Positions 51,870-64,000 of a DNA stretch of 64,000 bases are shown one piece after another. The first letter of the stretch is position 1; each line of letters opens with the position of its first letter. Source of the stretch: Isurus oxyrinchus (lineage: Eukaryota); NCBI GenBank assembly GCA_026770705.1, contig JANJGN010000026.1, positions 35,960,001-36,024,000 on the forward strand. The letters are read 5' to 3'. The notes under the pieces were generated by a model. It was given only the letters and a program-made list of their open reading frames with translations, was not told where the DNA came from and did no database searches. Position numbers and translations under genes: made by a program.

Positions 51870-53298
51870 ACACACATCAAACCCACCGACTCCCACAGCT
51901 ACCTCGACTACAGCTCCTCACACCCCGCTTCCTGTAAGGACTCCATCCCATTCTCCCAGTTCCTTCGCCTTCGTCGCATCTGTTCCGATGATGCTACCTT
52001 CAAAAACGGTTCCTCTGACATGTCCTCCTTCTTCCTTAACCGAGGTTTTCCACCGACGGTCGCTGACAGGGCCCTCAACCGTGTCCGGCCCATCTCATGC
52101 GCATCCGCCCTCACGCCTTCTCCTCCCTCCCAGAAACATGATAGGGTCCCCCTTGTCCTCACTTATCACCCCACCAGCCTCCGCATTCAAAGGATCATCC
52201 TCCGCCATTTCCGCCAACTCCAGCATGATGACACCACCAAACACATCTTCCCTTCACCCCCCTTATCGGCATTCCGTAGGGATCGCTCCCTCCGGGACAC
52301 CCTGGTCCACTCCTCCATCACCCCCTACTCCTCAGCCCCCTCCTATGGCACCACCCCATGCCCACGCAAAAGATGTAACACCTGCCCCTTCACTTCCTCT
52401 CTCCTCACCGTCCAAGGGCCCAAACACTCCTTTCAAGTGAAGCAGCATTTCACTTGCATTTCCCCCAACTTAGTCTACTGCATTCGTTGCTCCCAATGTG
52501 GTCTCCTCTACATTGGAGAGACCAAACGTAAACTGGGCGACCACTTTGCAGAACACCTGCGGTCTGTCCGCAAGAATGACCCAAACCTCCCTGTCGCTTG
52601 CCATTTTAACACTCCACCCTGCTCTCTTGCCCACATGTCTGTCCTTGGCTTACTGCATTGTTCCAGTGAAGCCCAACGCAAACTGGAGGAACAACACCTC
52701 ATCTTCCGACTAGGCACCTTACAGCCTTCCGGTCTGAATATTGAATTCAATAACTTTAGGTCGTGAGCTCCCTCCCCCATCCCCACCCCCTTTCTGTTTC
52801 CCCCTTTTTTTCCCCCTTTTTTTCCCTATAAATTTTATAGATTTTTCTTTTCCCACCTATTTCCATTATTTTTAAATATTTTAAAATCTTTTATGCTCCC
52901 CCCACCCCCACTAGAGCTGTACCTTGAGTGCCCTACCATCCATTCTTAATTAGCACATTCGTTTAGATAATATCACCAACTTTAACTTTAACACCTATGT
53001 GTTCTTTTGTCCCATTGTCACTGACATCTTTTGATGATCTGCTTCTATCACTGCTTGTTTGTCTACACAAGCACCTCTGTCTCTCTCTCTCCGCCCCCCC
53101 CCCCCCCCCCCCAACACACCTTAAACCAGCTTATATTTCAACTCTTTCCTGGACTCGAAATCAAGTTCTGTCGAAGGGTCATGAAGACTCGAAACGTCAA
53201 CTCTTTTCTTCTCCACCGATGCTGCCAGACCTGCTGAGTTTTTCCAGGTAATTCTGTTTTTGTTTTGGATTTCCAGCATCCGCAGTTTTCTTTGTTTT
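51870..53298 (+). mobile_element. Penelope-like retroelement, 5'-truncated: RT thumb and GIY-YIG endonuclease
   Basis: Open ORF to 52766: KPTDSHSYLDYSSSHP...IPFSQFLRLRRICSD...NLVYCIRCSQCGLLYIGET.R.L..HFAEH...LGTLQP.GLN. Confidence 0.92.
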
Positions 53299-53299
53299 T

Positions 53300-53592
53300 A
53301 CACAGTAGAATAGTTGGCTGCTGAAATGGCGACAGATGAGGGAAGTAATATTACCCTGAACATCACCTTCAAACCAAGCTATTTTAAGCCCTATGTGTGC
53401 TGTGGAGTAGTCAACACTCCTGGCACCCTCCGTTGTCCACCCTATCCATGGATGGATAGAAAACTGGAAATTCTACTTTGCGGCTCGATTTTCGCCTAGG
53501 TTTGGTAAAACTACTAAGATCACCGAGTTAATGATTAGTACAGCCCTGATCTCCGATCCGGGTGTGTTGCTGTGCCATGACTCCCTACACTG
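53300..53592 (+). pseudogene. Eroded TCR V between the Penelope and CR1 insertions
   Basis: EMATDEGSNITLNITF...FAARFSPRFGKTTKITELMIST...CAMTP, then TACACTG. Confidence 0.5.
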
Positions 53593-53596
53593 CTGT

Positions 53597-54140
53597 AAGG
53601 AGATTCACCAGGATGCTGCCTGGGATGGAGGGTCTGATCTATGAGGAAGGATTTAATAGGCTGGGGTTGTTTTCCTTGGAGTAGCGAAGGTTGAGTCGGG
53701 ACCTGGTAGAGATGCATAAGGTTGAGAGGCATAGATTTAGTGGGTAATAAAGCACTTTTCCCGTTAGTAGAGGGATCAATAACCGGGGGTGGGTGTTGGG
53801 GTGGGTGGCGCGAGGCGGGGTGGTGGGGGTGGGGGGGGGGGGTGCTGAGGGCATAGATTTAAGGTAGATAGTAGAAGGCTAAGAGAGGTGTTGAGGAGGT
53901 TTTTCTTTCAATCAGAGGGTAGTGAGAGTCTGAAACTTGCTGCCTGAATGAGTAGTGAGTCAGAAACTCTTGTAACATTTCAGAAGTATTTAGATATTCA
54001 CGTCCATTGGCATAGCATCCAAGGCTTTGGGACAAGCACTGGAAAATATGATTAGTGTGGTCAGATCTTTTGTTGACCGGCGCGGACAAGGTGGGCCCAG
54101 TGGCCTCCTTCTGTGCTGTAAATGCCTGTAAGTCTATGCG
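53597..54140 (+). mobile_element. CR1-type LINE 3' fragment
   Basis: RRFTRMLPG...YEE.F.RLGLFSLE and 3' UTR. Confidence 0.8.
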
Positions 54141-54990
54141 ATTAAGGAGGAGTTTGCAGGGCCGACAGGGTTAAGTTTGCGGTTGTTGTTTCTGATGTCT
54201 TGGTCGATTCTGTGTGCTCCGCCCATTCCTCTTTGAGATTTCATAGCATTTTGCTGCAACCAAGTGGCCTTATAGGCCATGTCAGAGAGACCAGACCAGG
54301 TAAGGGCAGCAGGTTTACTTCCTTAATGGACATTAATGAACCAGATGGATTTTTACAACAATCGATGGTAAGACTTTTAATTGCAGATTTTTATTTAATT
54401 CAAATTCCACCATCTGCCGTGGCAAGCCATGGTCCCCAGGGCACTTCTCTGGGTCGCTGTGTTACTACTCCACCGACAATACCAGTGGGCCATTGCCTAA
54501 GTCTGTTCATTTGTTTGTGCAGTAACAACAGAAATCGTTGCTCTAATATGATAAGTCCATAAATCAGTCTGACAAGATATAAAATCATAGTCAGATTACT
54601 CGTTAAATGGGTTACGAGGGAAATCTCATTGTTGCTCGTGTCCTGACAGTGAGGCGAAAATAATTATAGAGAACAAATTCACCCGGAATAAACCAAACCC
54701 ATGAACAATCCTGTGTTTGACAGATTCAATATCCAGACATGGATTTAATTACCACCATCTTTTGTGCAAAACTGAAACATTTGCCCGATGAAGACACTGA
54801 CTGAATCCCAACTCATGGTGTTTCTGATCACTGGCAACCAGCTCAACATCTACCCTTGTCACAGCAGCACCGGTGAGACAAGGAAGTGAGGTGAGGACAT
54901 TCTAAGACACGACAGCACGTTATCAAGGATGGGGCTTAGAATGGGTGTCTTCGAATATCCAACTCCCGTTTTACAGAGCAGACAGTGACA

Positions 54991-55954
54991 TTGAGGCTAC
55001 TCAGCATCAGGATTGTGCGGACGGCATTTCCGACAAGTAATTGTTGACCACACAGATCTTTTCACAGTTTTAAATCATGAGGGGACGCCATGTAATCCAG
55101 AAACTCAGGTTAATGCTCTAGGGTTCCAGGTTCGGCTCCCGCCATGGCAAATTGTGAACTTTGATTTAATTAGGAACCTGGGATTATAATTGCAATGAAT
55201 CGATTGTTATAAAAACCCATCACGTTCACTGATGTCCTTTGGGGAAGAAAATCTGCCGCCCTTACCTGGTCTTCTCTCCGCGTGACTCCAGGCCCACAGC
55301 AACGTTGTTGCCTCTTTCAAAAAATGTCCTCTGAAATGACCCGGCAAGCCTTCAGTTGTCACCATGAAGGGCAACTGGGATGGGCAATAAATGCTGGCCC
55401 AGTATACATCCTGTATCTCCTGAATATTTAACAAAAACGTAAATTTTGAACAGTTCTGATGAAGAGTTATTCGGACTTGAAATGTCAACTGTATCCCTCT
55501 CCACAGATGCTGTCAGACCTGCTGTGTTTTTCCCGGTATTTTTGTTTTTGTTCTAACTTTGAACAGCCGTTGGTCTGATCTTTTTCTGTTTGAACATGTT
55601 TTTTTCAGATGCAGGTCATGGAGACTCCAGCACTCATCCACTGTCCTCACATGTTAAGACAGAAGGGGAAGCGGTGACTTTAAGCTGTACCCATGAAACT
55701 ACAGATAGAAGCTGTCATTTATACTGGCACTGGCAACACCCAGGTACACAGCCTGCCTTTATATTATGGAAACATTGGATTGGTAGTGAAGTTAAAGCAG
55801 GTTTTGCTAAAAGCCGTTTCTCAGTCGAGCTCCAGACCTCGAATGAATTCACCAATTTAACCTTCACGGATCTGCGGTTGACTGACGCTACCGTGTATTA
55901 CTGCGCTCTAAGACTCACAATGATGGGAAACGGTCTGGCCCCTGTACAAAAACG
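54991..55954 (+). pseudogene. TCR V (18.7-kb family): open V exon, start codon ATG>TTG, SINEs in the intron
   Basis: Leader 54991-55036 begins TTG. Exon 55609-55915 ...VTLSCTHE...LYWHWQHP...DATVYYCALRL. RSS CACAATG, 23 nt, ACAAAAACG. Confidence 0.85.
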
Positions 55955-56908
55955 GCCTTTGGACTGTGGATAGGAGCTCCTGTGTGATTGAGTTTGTATC
56001 GAATCTCGGGAAGATGCAGCGCCAATCTACAGAGGCACTATCAGCCCCTCAAACACACATCGAGAAGAAAACACATTCACCTGGGATCAAACTGTCACCA
56101 AATATTTCCAGGAGCGGCTAAGAAAACAAACTGCAGGATCCGATCCAACCAAAAGGCCATCACAGAGTCAGATTTGAAGGTATCAGTTCTAATCCCCACG
56201 CTCAATAATTTGCTGTCATGCCTAGGAATGTTCTCACCTGACTTCCTTGTGTCTCTGGTTCTATGGGATCCGTCGGTGATGAGCTGTCTGACATTGAATG
56301 GAAGCACCCCGAACTGTACTACAGTCAATGGCCTGATGGAGGAATGGCTGCACTTTTAGAGAAGGGAGTGGAGGAGTGAAACCCTGGTCTGTTAATTATC
56401 ACCAGTAAACTCGGGATTAATAATAGTGACAGAAAACATCCCAGCATTAAGGAAACATTCTCAAACTCGATGGGGACTCTGTACCTGAGGTTTGTGTTAA
56501 ATATCTGGTGAACTCCGCTCATTGTGTACAAACTGTCTCTGGCCCAGCAACACACTCTGTTCAAATAAATCCTGTGAACAGGCCGCGGCCAAAGGCTCCA
56601 GGAATATGAAAGGGGAAATGGGGAAAGGGGAACTCACTATTACAGACAGGCACTGAAACTGCATTAAAAGGCAAAAAGTAAATTAAGGTGATCAAATAGC
56701 TTTATGACGGTCGGTTATCATACGAATTCGACTTGAAATTAACTAATACAACTTCACAAGTTTTTCTCACCTCTTAATGTTGAGTTTTCTTATTTGTTAT
56801 GATTTTTTGGAAGGCTCCTGTGACTTTTGCTATGGAGGCGGGATTTGTTGTTTCTGTTAAACGGTGTGAGAGCACCCTCTGTTGGGAAGTAACAGGAGCG
56901 CCCACTTG

Positions 56909-57350
56909 GGTTTTTGTCTGGCATCCGCTGTCTCTCTGCAGCAGTGTGGGCTTCATGGCACAGAAATACACGGTGATGTTTGAGAGAAGATCCCAGGTGA
57001 TATTTGAATGGAGAGTTTTGTTTCCTCAGCAGAGGATCTACCTGGTAAACCTGAAGACTTTTCTTCATTTCCCAAGCTATACACCTTCAATAAATTACTC
57101 GGAACTTCCCCAGGATACTGGAAGAGAGTTGGTGGCAGGGCAGGGTGCCGAGTAATGCTCTGCCTTTCCCGAACCGCTAATTCAGACGGACCCTGAGACA
57201 CTGAAACCTCGTCATTTATTACTGCAACACAAATACATACATTTTCAAAAGTCAGGAACTTAATACAACTCCTGGAGGCACAGTGACTATTTGAACATTG
57301 ACTCACCAGGCAGCAAGACCATTATTATCAATTAGGAACATGGGGAACAT
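56909..57350 (-). pseudogene. TCR V pseudogene, inverted paralog of the 60-kb V
   Basis: Leader 57350-57307 is frameshifted. Exon 57221-56949 has deletions and ends VYFCAMKP. RSS CACACTG, 24 nt, ACAAAAACC. Confidence 0.85.
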
Positions 57351-58086
57351 ATAGTGTTCGGTTGAGAATTTGACAGAAAGTAACATAATGCTCTAAATAT
57401 ATTGATACTATTAGTCTGATATTAAAATGTAACCCAGATCAGAGTCAGATTTCACTTATTGAGACACCAGGGAGCGTTTCCCAGGGACAAGGTTGGCTGT
57501 CAGAACTGATTACAGTTGCGCTCCAGTCACTGAGAGCTGCACACCAGAGTTTTCTCTGATTGGTTCTTTATCTCTCTCCGATGTTCTCAGAGTCTTGGTT
57601 TGTTTGCCGCGACCTCTGTCTCCCTGGTGAGGCAATCTGTCCTCGAAGTGAATTTCCTCGCTTCTGTAAAAATGCATAGAGGTGGGAACAAATAATTTAG
57701 GGAATGAATGCAGCGTCTAACAAACTCGGCAAACACGCAGTTACACTAAAACACCACCAGGAGGCATGAACGTTAATGTGGATATCAGATATAATTGCGA
57801 TATCAGACTTAAAGTCAATCAAACAATGTCGTTTCTGTTTGTCTCTTTCAATGAAACCGTAGTGACCAGAGACCATAAGGGTGGCATGGTAAATATAAAA
57901 TAGAGGAGTAAGGAAAGGAAACATGAAGCAAATATGCATTTCAAGATAAAGGAGCAAAACGACTTAGGACTCCCGAGACAGTGAATAAGGAACAAGCAAG
58001 CAAAGCTGTTAAGTTCTATGATTCTAAGCAGCAATGACCATTGGAGTTCGAAATACGACACAGCAAACCTTCCTGAAGCATTTAAT

Positions 58087-58275
58087 AGAGAGAGAGAGAG
58101 AGTGAGAGAGAGAGAGAGAGTGGGGTGGGGGAGAGAGATAGGTACGTAGCCACCTGGCTAGCTAGCTAGATAGATAGATGAGTAGGTAGATGGATAGATA
58201 GGTAGATAGATGGATGGATGGGTGGGTGGATGGGTGGCTGGATGGGTGGGTGGATGGATGAATGGATGGATGAAG
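58087..58275 (+). repeat. (GA)n, (GATA)n and (GGAT)n microsatellites
   Basis: Seen directly. Confidence 0.9.
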
Positions 58276-60027
58276 AGATAGGTAATATTAATGGGGTGGG
58301 GCTCTGTAGCCAAAATCACAGTGTGCACTCCAATCTGATCTATTATGGGTGTGGCCTGAGTAGCAGCGTGTGTACTAATATACAGGGGCCTTGGTGGTCT
58401 GAGGATGGAGAATTCGCTGCACACTGACACACAACATATCTAATCGTTTCATCGAATTAAACAACCAAGTTATCCATTGCAGAGAGAACATTTCACCTCA
58501 CGTTCTGAGATTGCTCCAGAGCTGGGAGCAAAACGTCCATGTCTGTCGCGCTGCCAGAATGAGTCCCCGAGAAGCGAGTGGAGACATCCATCCCGACTGA
58601 CTGGGGCTGTAGTTAATCCTGGATCCCGAGAGTTGCAATGTCGTTGCCTGATCTGATGCCCAAATCCGTTCCTGAGGAGAGATCGATCAACATCTCCTCT
58701 GTCTGGGCCTTCAGTTAACTCCAATCCCAGAAATTAGTGGAGAATATACCACGATTCTCACCAATCATGGCATTACAACGAGTCACGCATGAGGAGTCCA
58801 GTCCAATAAGCAAAGGTGGGAGGAGTCTGAGTTTCCTTTAACATAGGCGAGTGGAGTTATTAGATCAACTGTTGCCTGGGAACTATAAAAAGCGGCCAAT
58901 CCTCCCAGCTGCTTGCGGCTGTTGAAAGTTGGATGAAGGGTTGTCTGAAAACCTATCACTTCTATCTTGCTCTGCTCCTAAAATCAACTCTCAAAAATAA
59001 TAACACATGATGTTGTGAGTCCACGTCGACATTCACTGATACTGGATCAGTTTACAATTACTTCAGTCCAAAACATAGAAATTGGGAGAGAGTAGAAAGT
59101 GAGCGGCACTTTTAGCAATTGTATGAACAGGGCTGGACTGAGGGGAGAAAATGCAGCGATTAAGGATAAAGAACGGGGATGGGTCGGTAGAGATCTGAAA
59201 TGGTGGGAAAAAGAATGGGATTTGGAACGTAACGAGTGGGAATCAAAAATTCGTCAGTGATGATATGGGCTGAGAAATGGAAATAGGACATTAGAGAGAA
59301 AGAATGGGGGATTAGACAGCAGTGTTGGGAGAATAGGGAATGGGCATCAGAGAATAAAATGTGTGGACCGGGGGTTGAAGAGCGAGGGATGTTTGAGTAG
59401 ATATCGGGAATGTGTATGTAGATTACTGGGGGAGGAAGACTGAAGGACGTCAGTCATTCTAAATAAATATCCACCAGAAGAGATTGATCAATACGAATGT
59501 GCATGTATATCTCTCAGGGATGCTATCTGAGAGACACTGCAGAATGCCCAGCAATGTGGTAAATTGCCCAGGTATGTCCTGTACACAAGAAACAGGACAA
59601 ATCCAACCACCCGATCAGACTACTCTCGATAATCAGTAAAGTGATGGAAGGGGTCAACAACAGTGCTAGCAAGCAGCACTTGCTTAGCAATAAGCTGCTC
59701 ACTGAGGTCCAGCTTGGGTTCCGCCAGGACCATTCAGCCCCTGACTAATTAAATCAACAACAGTGCGAGAAACACGGATCCTCAGATGAAGAGATACCGA
59801 GAAAGACAGGGAGAAAGATAAAGTCAGGGGAATAATCGGTCCAGAACTAATGGGTTTCGAACTCACATCAGTTCTGAGAGACCAGCCAATCATATCGCTA
59901 GGAAACGCCTCTCAATTTCTCAATAAGTGAAGCCTGCCCCTGATCCGAATTTCCTCTTTATATCAGAACAGACTGTCAACCTATTTCAAATATTACCTTA
60001 TTTCTTCCGACCTCTAATCTTGACACC

Positions 60028-60499
60028 ATGTGCTGTCTTTGTTCCTTCATGATAATAATACTCTTGCTGCCTGGTGAGTCAATGTGTAAATGGTCAATAT
60101 CTGTTTCACCTGCTTTCTTCAATTCCAGATATTTGCTACATTATGTGTTTTGTTATAGGAACAAATGGCCAAGATTCAGTGTCCCAGAATCCCCCTGAAT
60201 TAACGGTTCTGGAAGGACAGAGCATAGAATTGGACTGTAATTACTCGACAGCTGCTCCAGCTGTGTTCTGGTACACCCAATATTCCGGGGAAGCTCCGAT
60301 ATATTTAATGAAGATATATAGCTCAGGGAATGCAGACAGGTCTCCAGATTTCCCAGACAAGTTCACTGGTGTTTTGCACAAAGGAAACAAAACGGTTCAT
60401 TTGAATGTCGCCGAGTCTGTTCTCTCCGACAGCGCCGTGTATTTCTGTGCCATGAACACCACACTGCTGCAGAGATATCGCGGATCCCGTACAAAAACC
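60028..60499 (+). CDS. TCR alpha/delta V segment, apparently functional
   Basis: Leader 60028-60073 MCCLCSFMIIILLLP|GTGAGT. Exon 60159-60459 GTNGQDSVSQNP...IELDCNYST...FWYTQY...DSAVYFCAMNT. RSS CACACTG (60460-66), 24 nt, ACAAAAACC (60491-99). Confidence 0.92.
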
Positions 60500-61246
60500 C
60501 CACTGGGAGTTCCAGTCAGCGCTCAGCAGAGGGCGGTCTCACACCGATAAAAAGAAACAATTCAGCCTGTGGGTGTCACAGAGTCATTAATAAAATATCA
60601 AACCCAAACATAACACTGAACAAGAACAGGTGAGTAGCAACTGAGCAATTCCATACTAAAAATGAATTTCACAAATTAATTTGTGGTGCGTTGAGTCACA
60701 TTTTGCATTTTGATGATTTTTCCTTGCCTGTCTGAATTATTTTTCAGCCCTTTCTTCATCCCCATCGTCCTTTTCGAGGTCTCTTTGGTCAAAGCCTCAC
60801 ATGTTGTCTATTTGATCAGAGTACTTTTCTGGTTCAGGGAAGGTATATGGAAAATGAATACATTTCACAAGGTAATGATTGCGCTCTATTAAACAAGCCC
60901 CAAGCACAGAGTTCCCTCAATTTTCATTGTCTTTTCGAGTATCTGTTTAATGTTTTCTGACATAATTCACAATCTAGTGATTCTGTTTTTCAATAACCAG
61001 ACAAGGGGAACCATCCCCACTCCTGTCCCTAACAATGTAACCATCTCCGTTATACGGACTATAACCCCGCTCGGACTGTTTCCAGTCGCTGACAGCCACT
61101 CCACCACTTACAGTTCTTAAAGCGTCAACTGAGGCAAAAGAAAGTGAGATGAGAGGATCATGAGAATGACAACCGATTATTGATGGTGCAGATTAGAGTG
61201 AGTTTCTTCCAATCTCAATTTCCCTTTTACAGAGCGGGGAGCGACA

Positions 61247-61722
61247 ATGCCGTCAGGCAGCAATTGGGTTGTATGGGTATTTCTGACAGGGAACTGTGAA
61301 ATAGACACATTTCATCTCACTTTCGAAACATGGTTTCAATCTGAATTTTAAACACTCTCCGTTACGAATATTTCCTGTTTGACCATGTGTTTCAGATCTG
61401 CATCATGAAGGCCCTGTCACTCAGGTACTGTCCTCAACTGTTAAGACAGAAGGAGAGGTAGCTGCTTTAAATTTCACCTATGATATTACATGGAGTGACT
61501 GTATTTTATTCTGGTACCGGCTGATTCCAATCCGAATGTATTCACAGAGGCAGTCTTACTCATGCCTACAAGCAATCGTTGAGATAGAAAACAGCAAATG
61601 CACCGTTCAGGGAATCAAACCTCGCTCTCTGAGTGGAGAAAGTGACTCTGAAGAGTTGATTAGAAGCAGAACTCTCAGCCGGAGTTAATGATGGGAAGCA
61701 GTCTCACTCCCCGTACTTTGAG
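61247..61722 (+). pseudogene. TCR V pseudogene (18.7-kb family) with 3' half replaced
   Basis: Leader with dead donor. Exon ...PVTQVLSSTVKTEGE...LFWYR, then ~160 bp unrelated sequence, a degenerate RSS and the family-typical 3' flank. Confidence 0.7.
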
Positions 61723-62301
61723 CTATGTTTGGGAGCTCCTGCCTGTTGAGTTTGTATCGAATCTCGGGCAGGTGCAGCCACAATGTTCGCCGGCCCTGTC
61801 TGCCGCTCAGACACAAACAGAGAGGAAACCACATTCACCTCGGATCAAACTGTCACCCATCTGTTTCCAGCGGCGGCCGAGAGAGAAAAACTGCAGAATC
61901 TGATTCTACAGAACACACCCATCGTCAAATCAATCTACAGGTTAAACCGTTCTTCCTGTTTCTGATCAGCTGTTAATTCCCTTAAACCCCGGGCTCGATA
62001 TTCAGATCAACTCCGGGAATGATGTTTCTGATCCTCCAACCTGACTGGCTGACGTCACACAGACTGTAGGGTGGCGTCACAAATATTACATATTACAAAT
62101 GCCCTGACGTATGCGCATTCCAACCCCCCCCCCCCCCCCCCAAACCACGACATCCCATCAAGTGCTAGAGACCCGGGTCTGGCGGACACAGTGTAACTGG
62201 TGTTGGGCTCAGTTTGATTTGCCACAGGGCTGCCTCCTCCGACAGCCTTCCTTGGCCTGAATCTGATTAGATTTACTCTACACAAGTCGATAGAATCCAA
62301 C

Positions 62302-62858
62302 ATGAAGCTAAGCTTCCAATCTGTCTGGATGTCTTACTCTTCCCCCCGTATGAGTACGATTGCTATTTCAGACAGGAATAATTTACACATAGTTTTACAC
62401 ATTTGTTATGCTGTGTTACTTTGTACTTTGCTTTATTGCATATCATGTAGTATGTTATGTTGTGCTCTATTTTGCTCTGCTATATTTTATTGTACTAGAT
62501 AATATTGCTTTCATGAAATTACTCTATATCTACATATTATTTTCAGATGCAACTGGCAGTGAAGAAGTATCACAGTCTCCTGAGTCACTGGGTGTTACCG
62601 AGGAAGACACTGCATCGTTGAGCTGTTCCACCACAGCAGCAGGATGAATCCTACAGTGGTACAGACAATAGCCGGACCGCACCGTGCAGCACCTGGCAAC
62701 TGGTACCAGCGATCGGGACAGGATCACGGCTCGGTTCATTTCAGCAGAGAGGAGCAGTGCTCTGAATGTTAGTGACGCTCGAGTGATAGACACCGCCACC
62801 TATTTCTGCGCTGTTGAGGCACAGTGCAGCAAAGATCAGGAGGGACCATACAAAAACC
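62302..62858 (+). pseudogene. TCR V pseudogene with two stops but a perfect RSS
   Basis: Exon 62547-62819 DATGSEEVSQSP...LSCSTTAAG*ILQWYRQ*P...DTATYFCAVE. RSS CACAGTG, 23 nt, ACAAAAACC (62820-58). CRE TGACGTCA at 62050. Confidence 0.9.
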
Positions 62859-63186
62859 TGCCAGGGTGACCGTCACGGTTTGTCGTCGGTGCAGGAATCA
62901 GAAAGCTGGGAGGTTCATAGGTGTTTAGTAAGGAAACGTCCGTCAGTCGCCCAATAAAAAAAGATTTCCCTGATCGGAGTTTCCTCTTTAATTTTAGACA
63001 AGCATGTTCAACATCTGTTTAAAATTCTGTTATTTTCTGTCGAAGCCTGAACCAGACACCATGTTTTCCCGAATGTCCTGTCTGATAATGGCCGTGCTGT
63101 GCGGTGAGCCGATGTTTAAAGGGTCATTGTCTATTTCATGTGTTAAATTCAATCCCAGACTTTGACACATTCTGTGTTTGTTACAG

Positions 63187-63420
63187 CAACGAGTGGTGCA
63201 GTGGCGCAGACTCACTGCCTCTGGATCCCTCTGAGTTTACTGTCTGGAAGAACAGACCGTGATGATCAGCCATAGTTACTCAATTTCTGTGAGCTTTCTC
63301 TACCTCTGTTGGTACATCAAAATTCCCGGTAAGCTCCGAGATATTTACTGAGACACTGTTACTCGGGGCATGGGGATAAGCCTCAACATTTCCCAGACCA
63401 GATCTCTGATGATTTGGCCA
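63187..63420 (+). pseudogene. TCR V 5' relic
   Basis: DSLPLDPSEFTV..LYLCWYIKIPG..PRYLLR..HFPDQIS with frameshifts. Confidence 0.65.
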
Positions 63421-63542
63421 TAGGTGTTTACAGCAATTCTAATGTTTCACACGTAAAGCTGTCAGTTTTTGTTCTCTACGAACCCAGAAACAAACTAACT
63501 TCTCAGTTTGAGCCACCAAGAACACTTAGCCTAACTCGCTGA

Positions 63543-63874
63543 GATTTTTGTACGGGCTCCTGGCTTTTATGTGAGGCTGTGCCTCACTGCACAGTAATAG
63601 ACCGCCCAATCCTTCACACTCAGTCTGCTTATATTGAGATAACCGTACTGTTTAGACTTGTCAGCAGCCGCCAGATATCGTCCTGAGATTTCATCTTTTC
63701 TCAGCCCTACTACTTTGGTAATTATCCAGCTTGGAGGCTGTGCCGAATAATGCCGATACCATTGCATACTGTATATAGCCTTGTCTGTATATTCGCAATC
63801 TAACTGCACCGAACCCCCTTCTGACACGCTTAACATCACTGGGGTCTGAGTTACTGGATCGGCACACAGCCCGC
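63543..63874 (-). CDS. TCR V exon with open frame (leader outside the window)
   Basis: GGLCADPVTQTP...VQLDCEY...MQWYRH...DWAVYYCAVR. RSS CACAGCC, 23 nt, ACAAAAATC. Confidence 0.85.
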
Positions 63875-64000
63875 CTGTGAAAGTAGAAAAACAGAAGAGT
63901 ATACGGTTAAAGAGGATCCATCTAAACATCTGTCTATCTAAATGACTGTGCGCAAATTCCCATGAACTAAGCTGTTCACAATATGTATACATCTGATCGT

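Noticed and set aside
58440-58900. CCAAT/TATA-containing segment with a short ORF, possible LTR or orphan promoter
   Set aside because: No paired LTR, internal domain or linked leader exon identified.

Overview
Eukaryotic genomic DNA, almost certainly a cartilaginous fish (shark), from the V-segment array of the T-cell receptor alpha/delta (TCRA/D) locus. About 20 TCR V segments or relics are recognisable on both strands (leader exon, intron, V exon, 23-type RSS). Only about 3-5 look potentially functional; the rest are pseudogenes produced by segmental and inverted duplications. At 6.1-11.7 kb lies a decayed NAR-TCR cassette: IgNAR-like V, CR1 insertion, 12/12 D, NAR/IgH-like J and a leaderless supporting Vdelta. 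The most unusual element is that the supporting Vdelta is cut at CDR1 and followed by a 62-bp tandem array in which every unit is a complete heptamer-23-nonamer RSS (5 full copies plus a partial). Other notable items: a ~59-bp minisatellite that matches a V-family promoter element, four co-oriented consensus CTCF motifs, a V family with a 24-nt RSS spacer, and a V that may use an intronless leader. The background is CR1-type LINEs (one near full length with an esterase ORF1), Penelope-like elements, SINEs and microsatellites. There is one assembly gap (11777-12055). All calls are by manual reading; no database searches were run.
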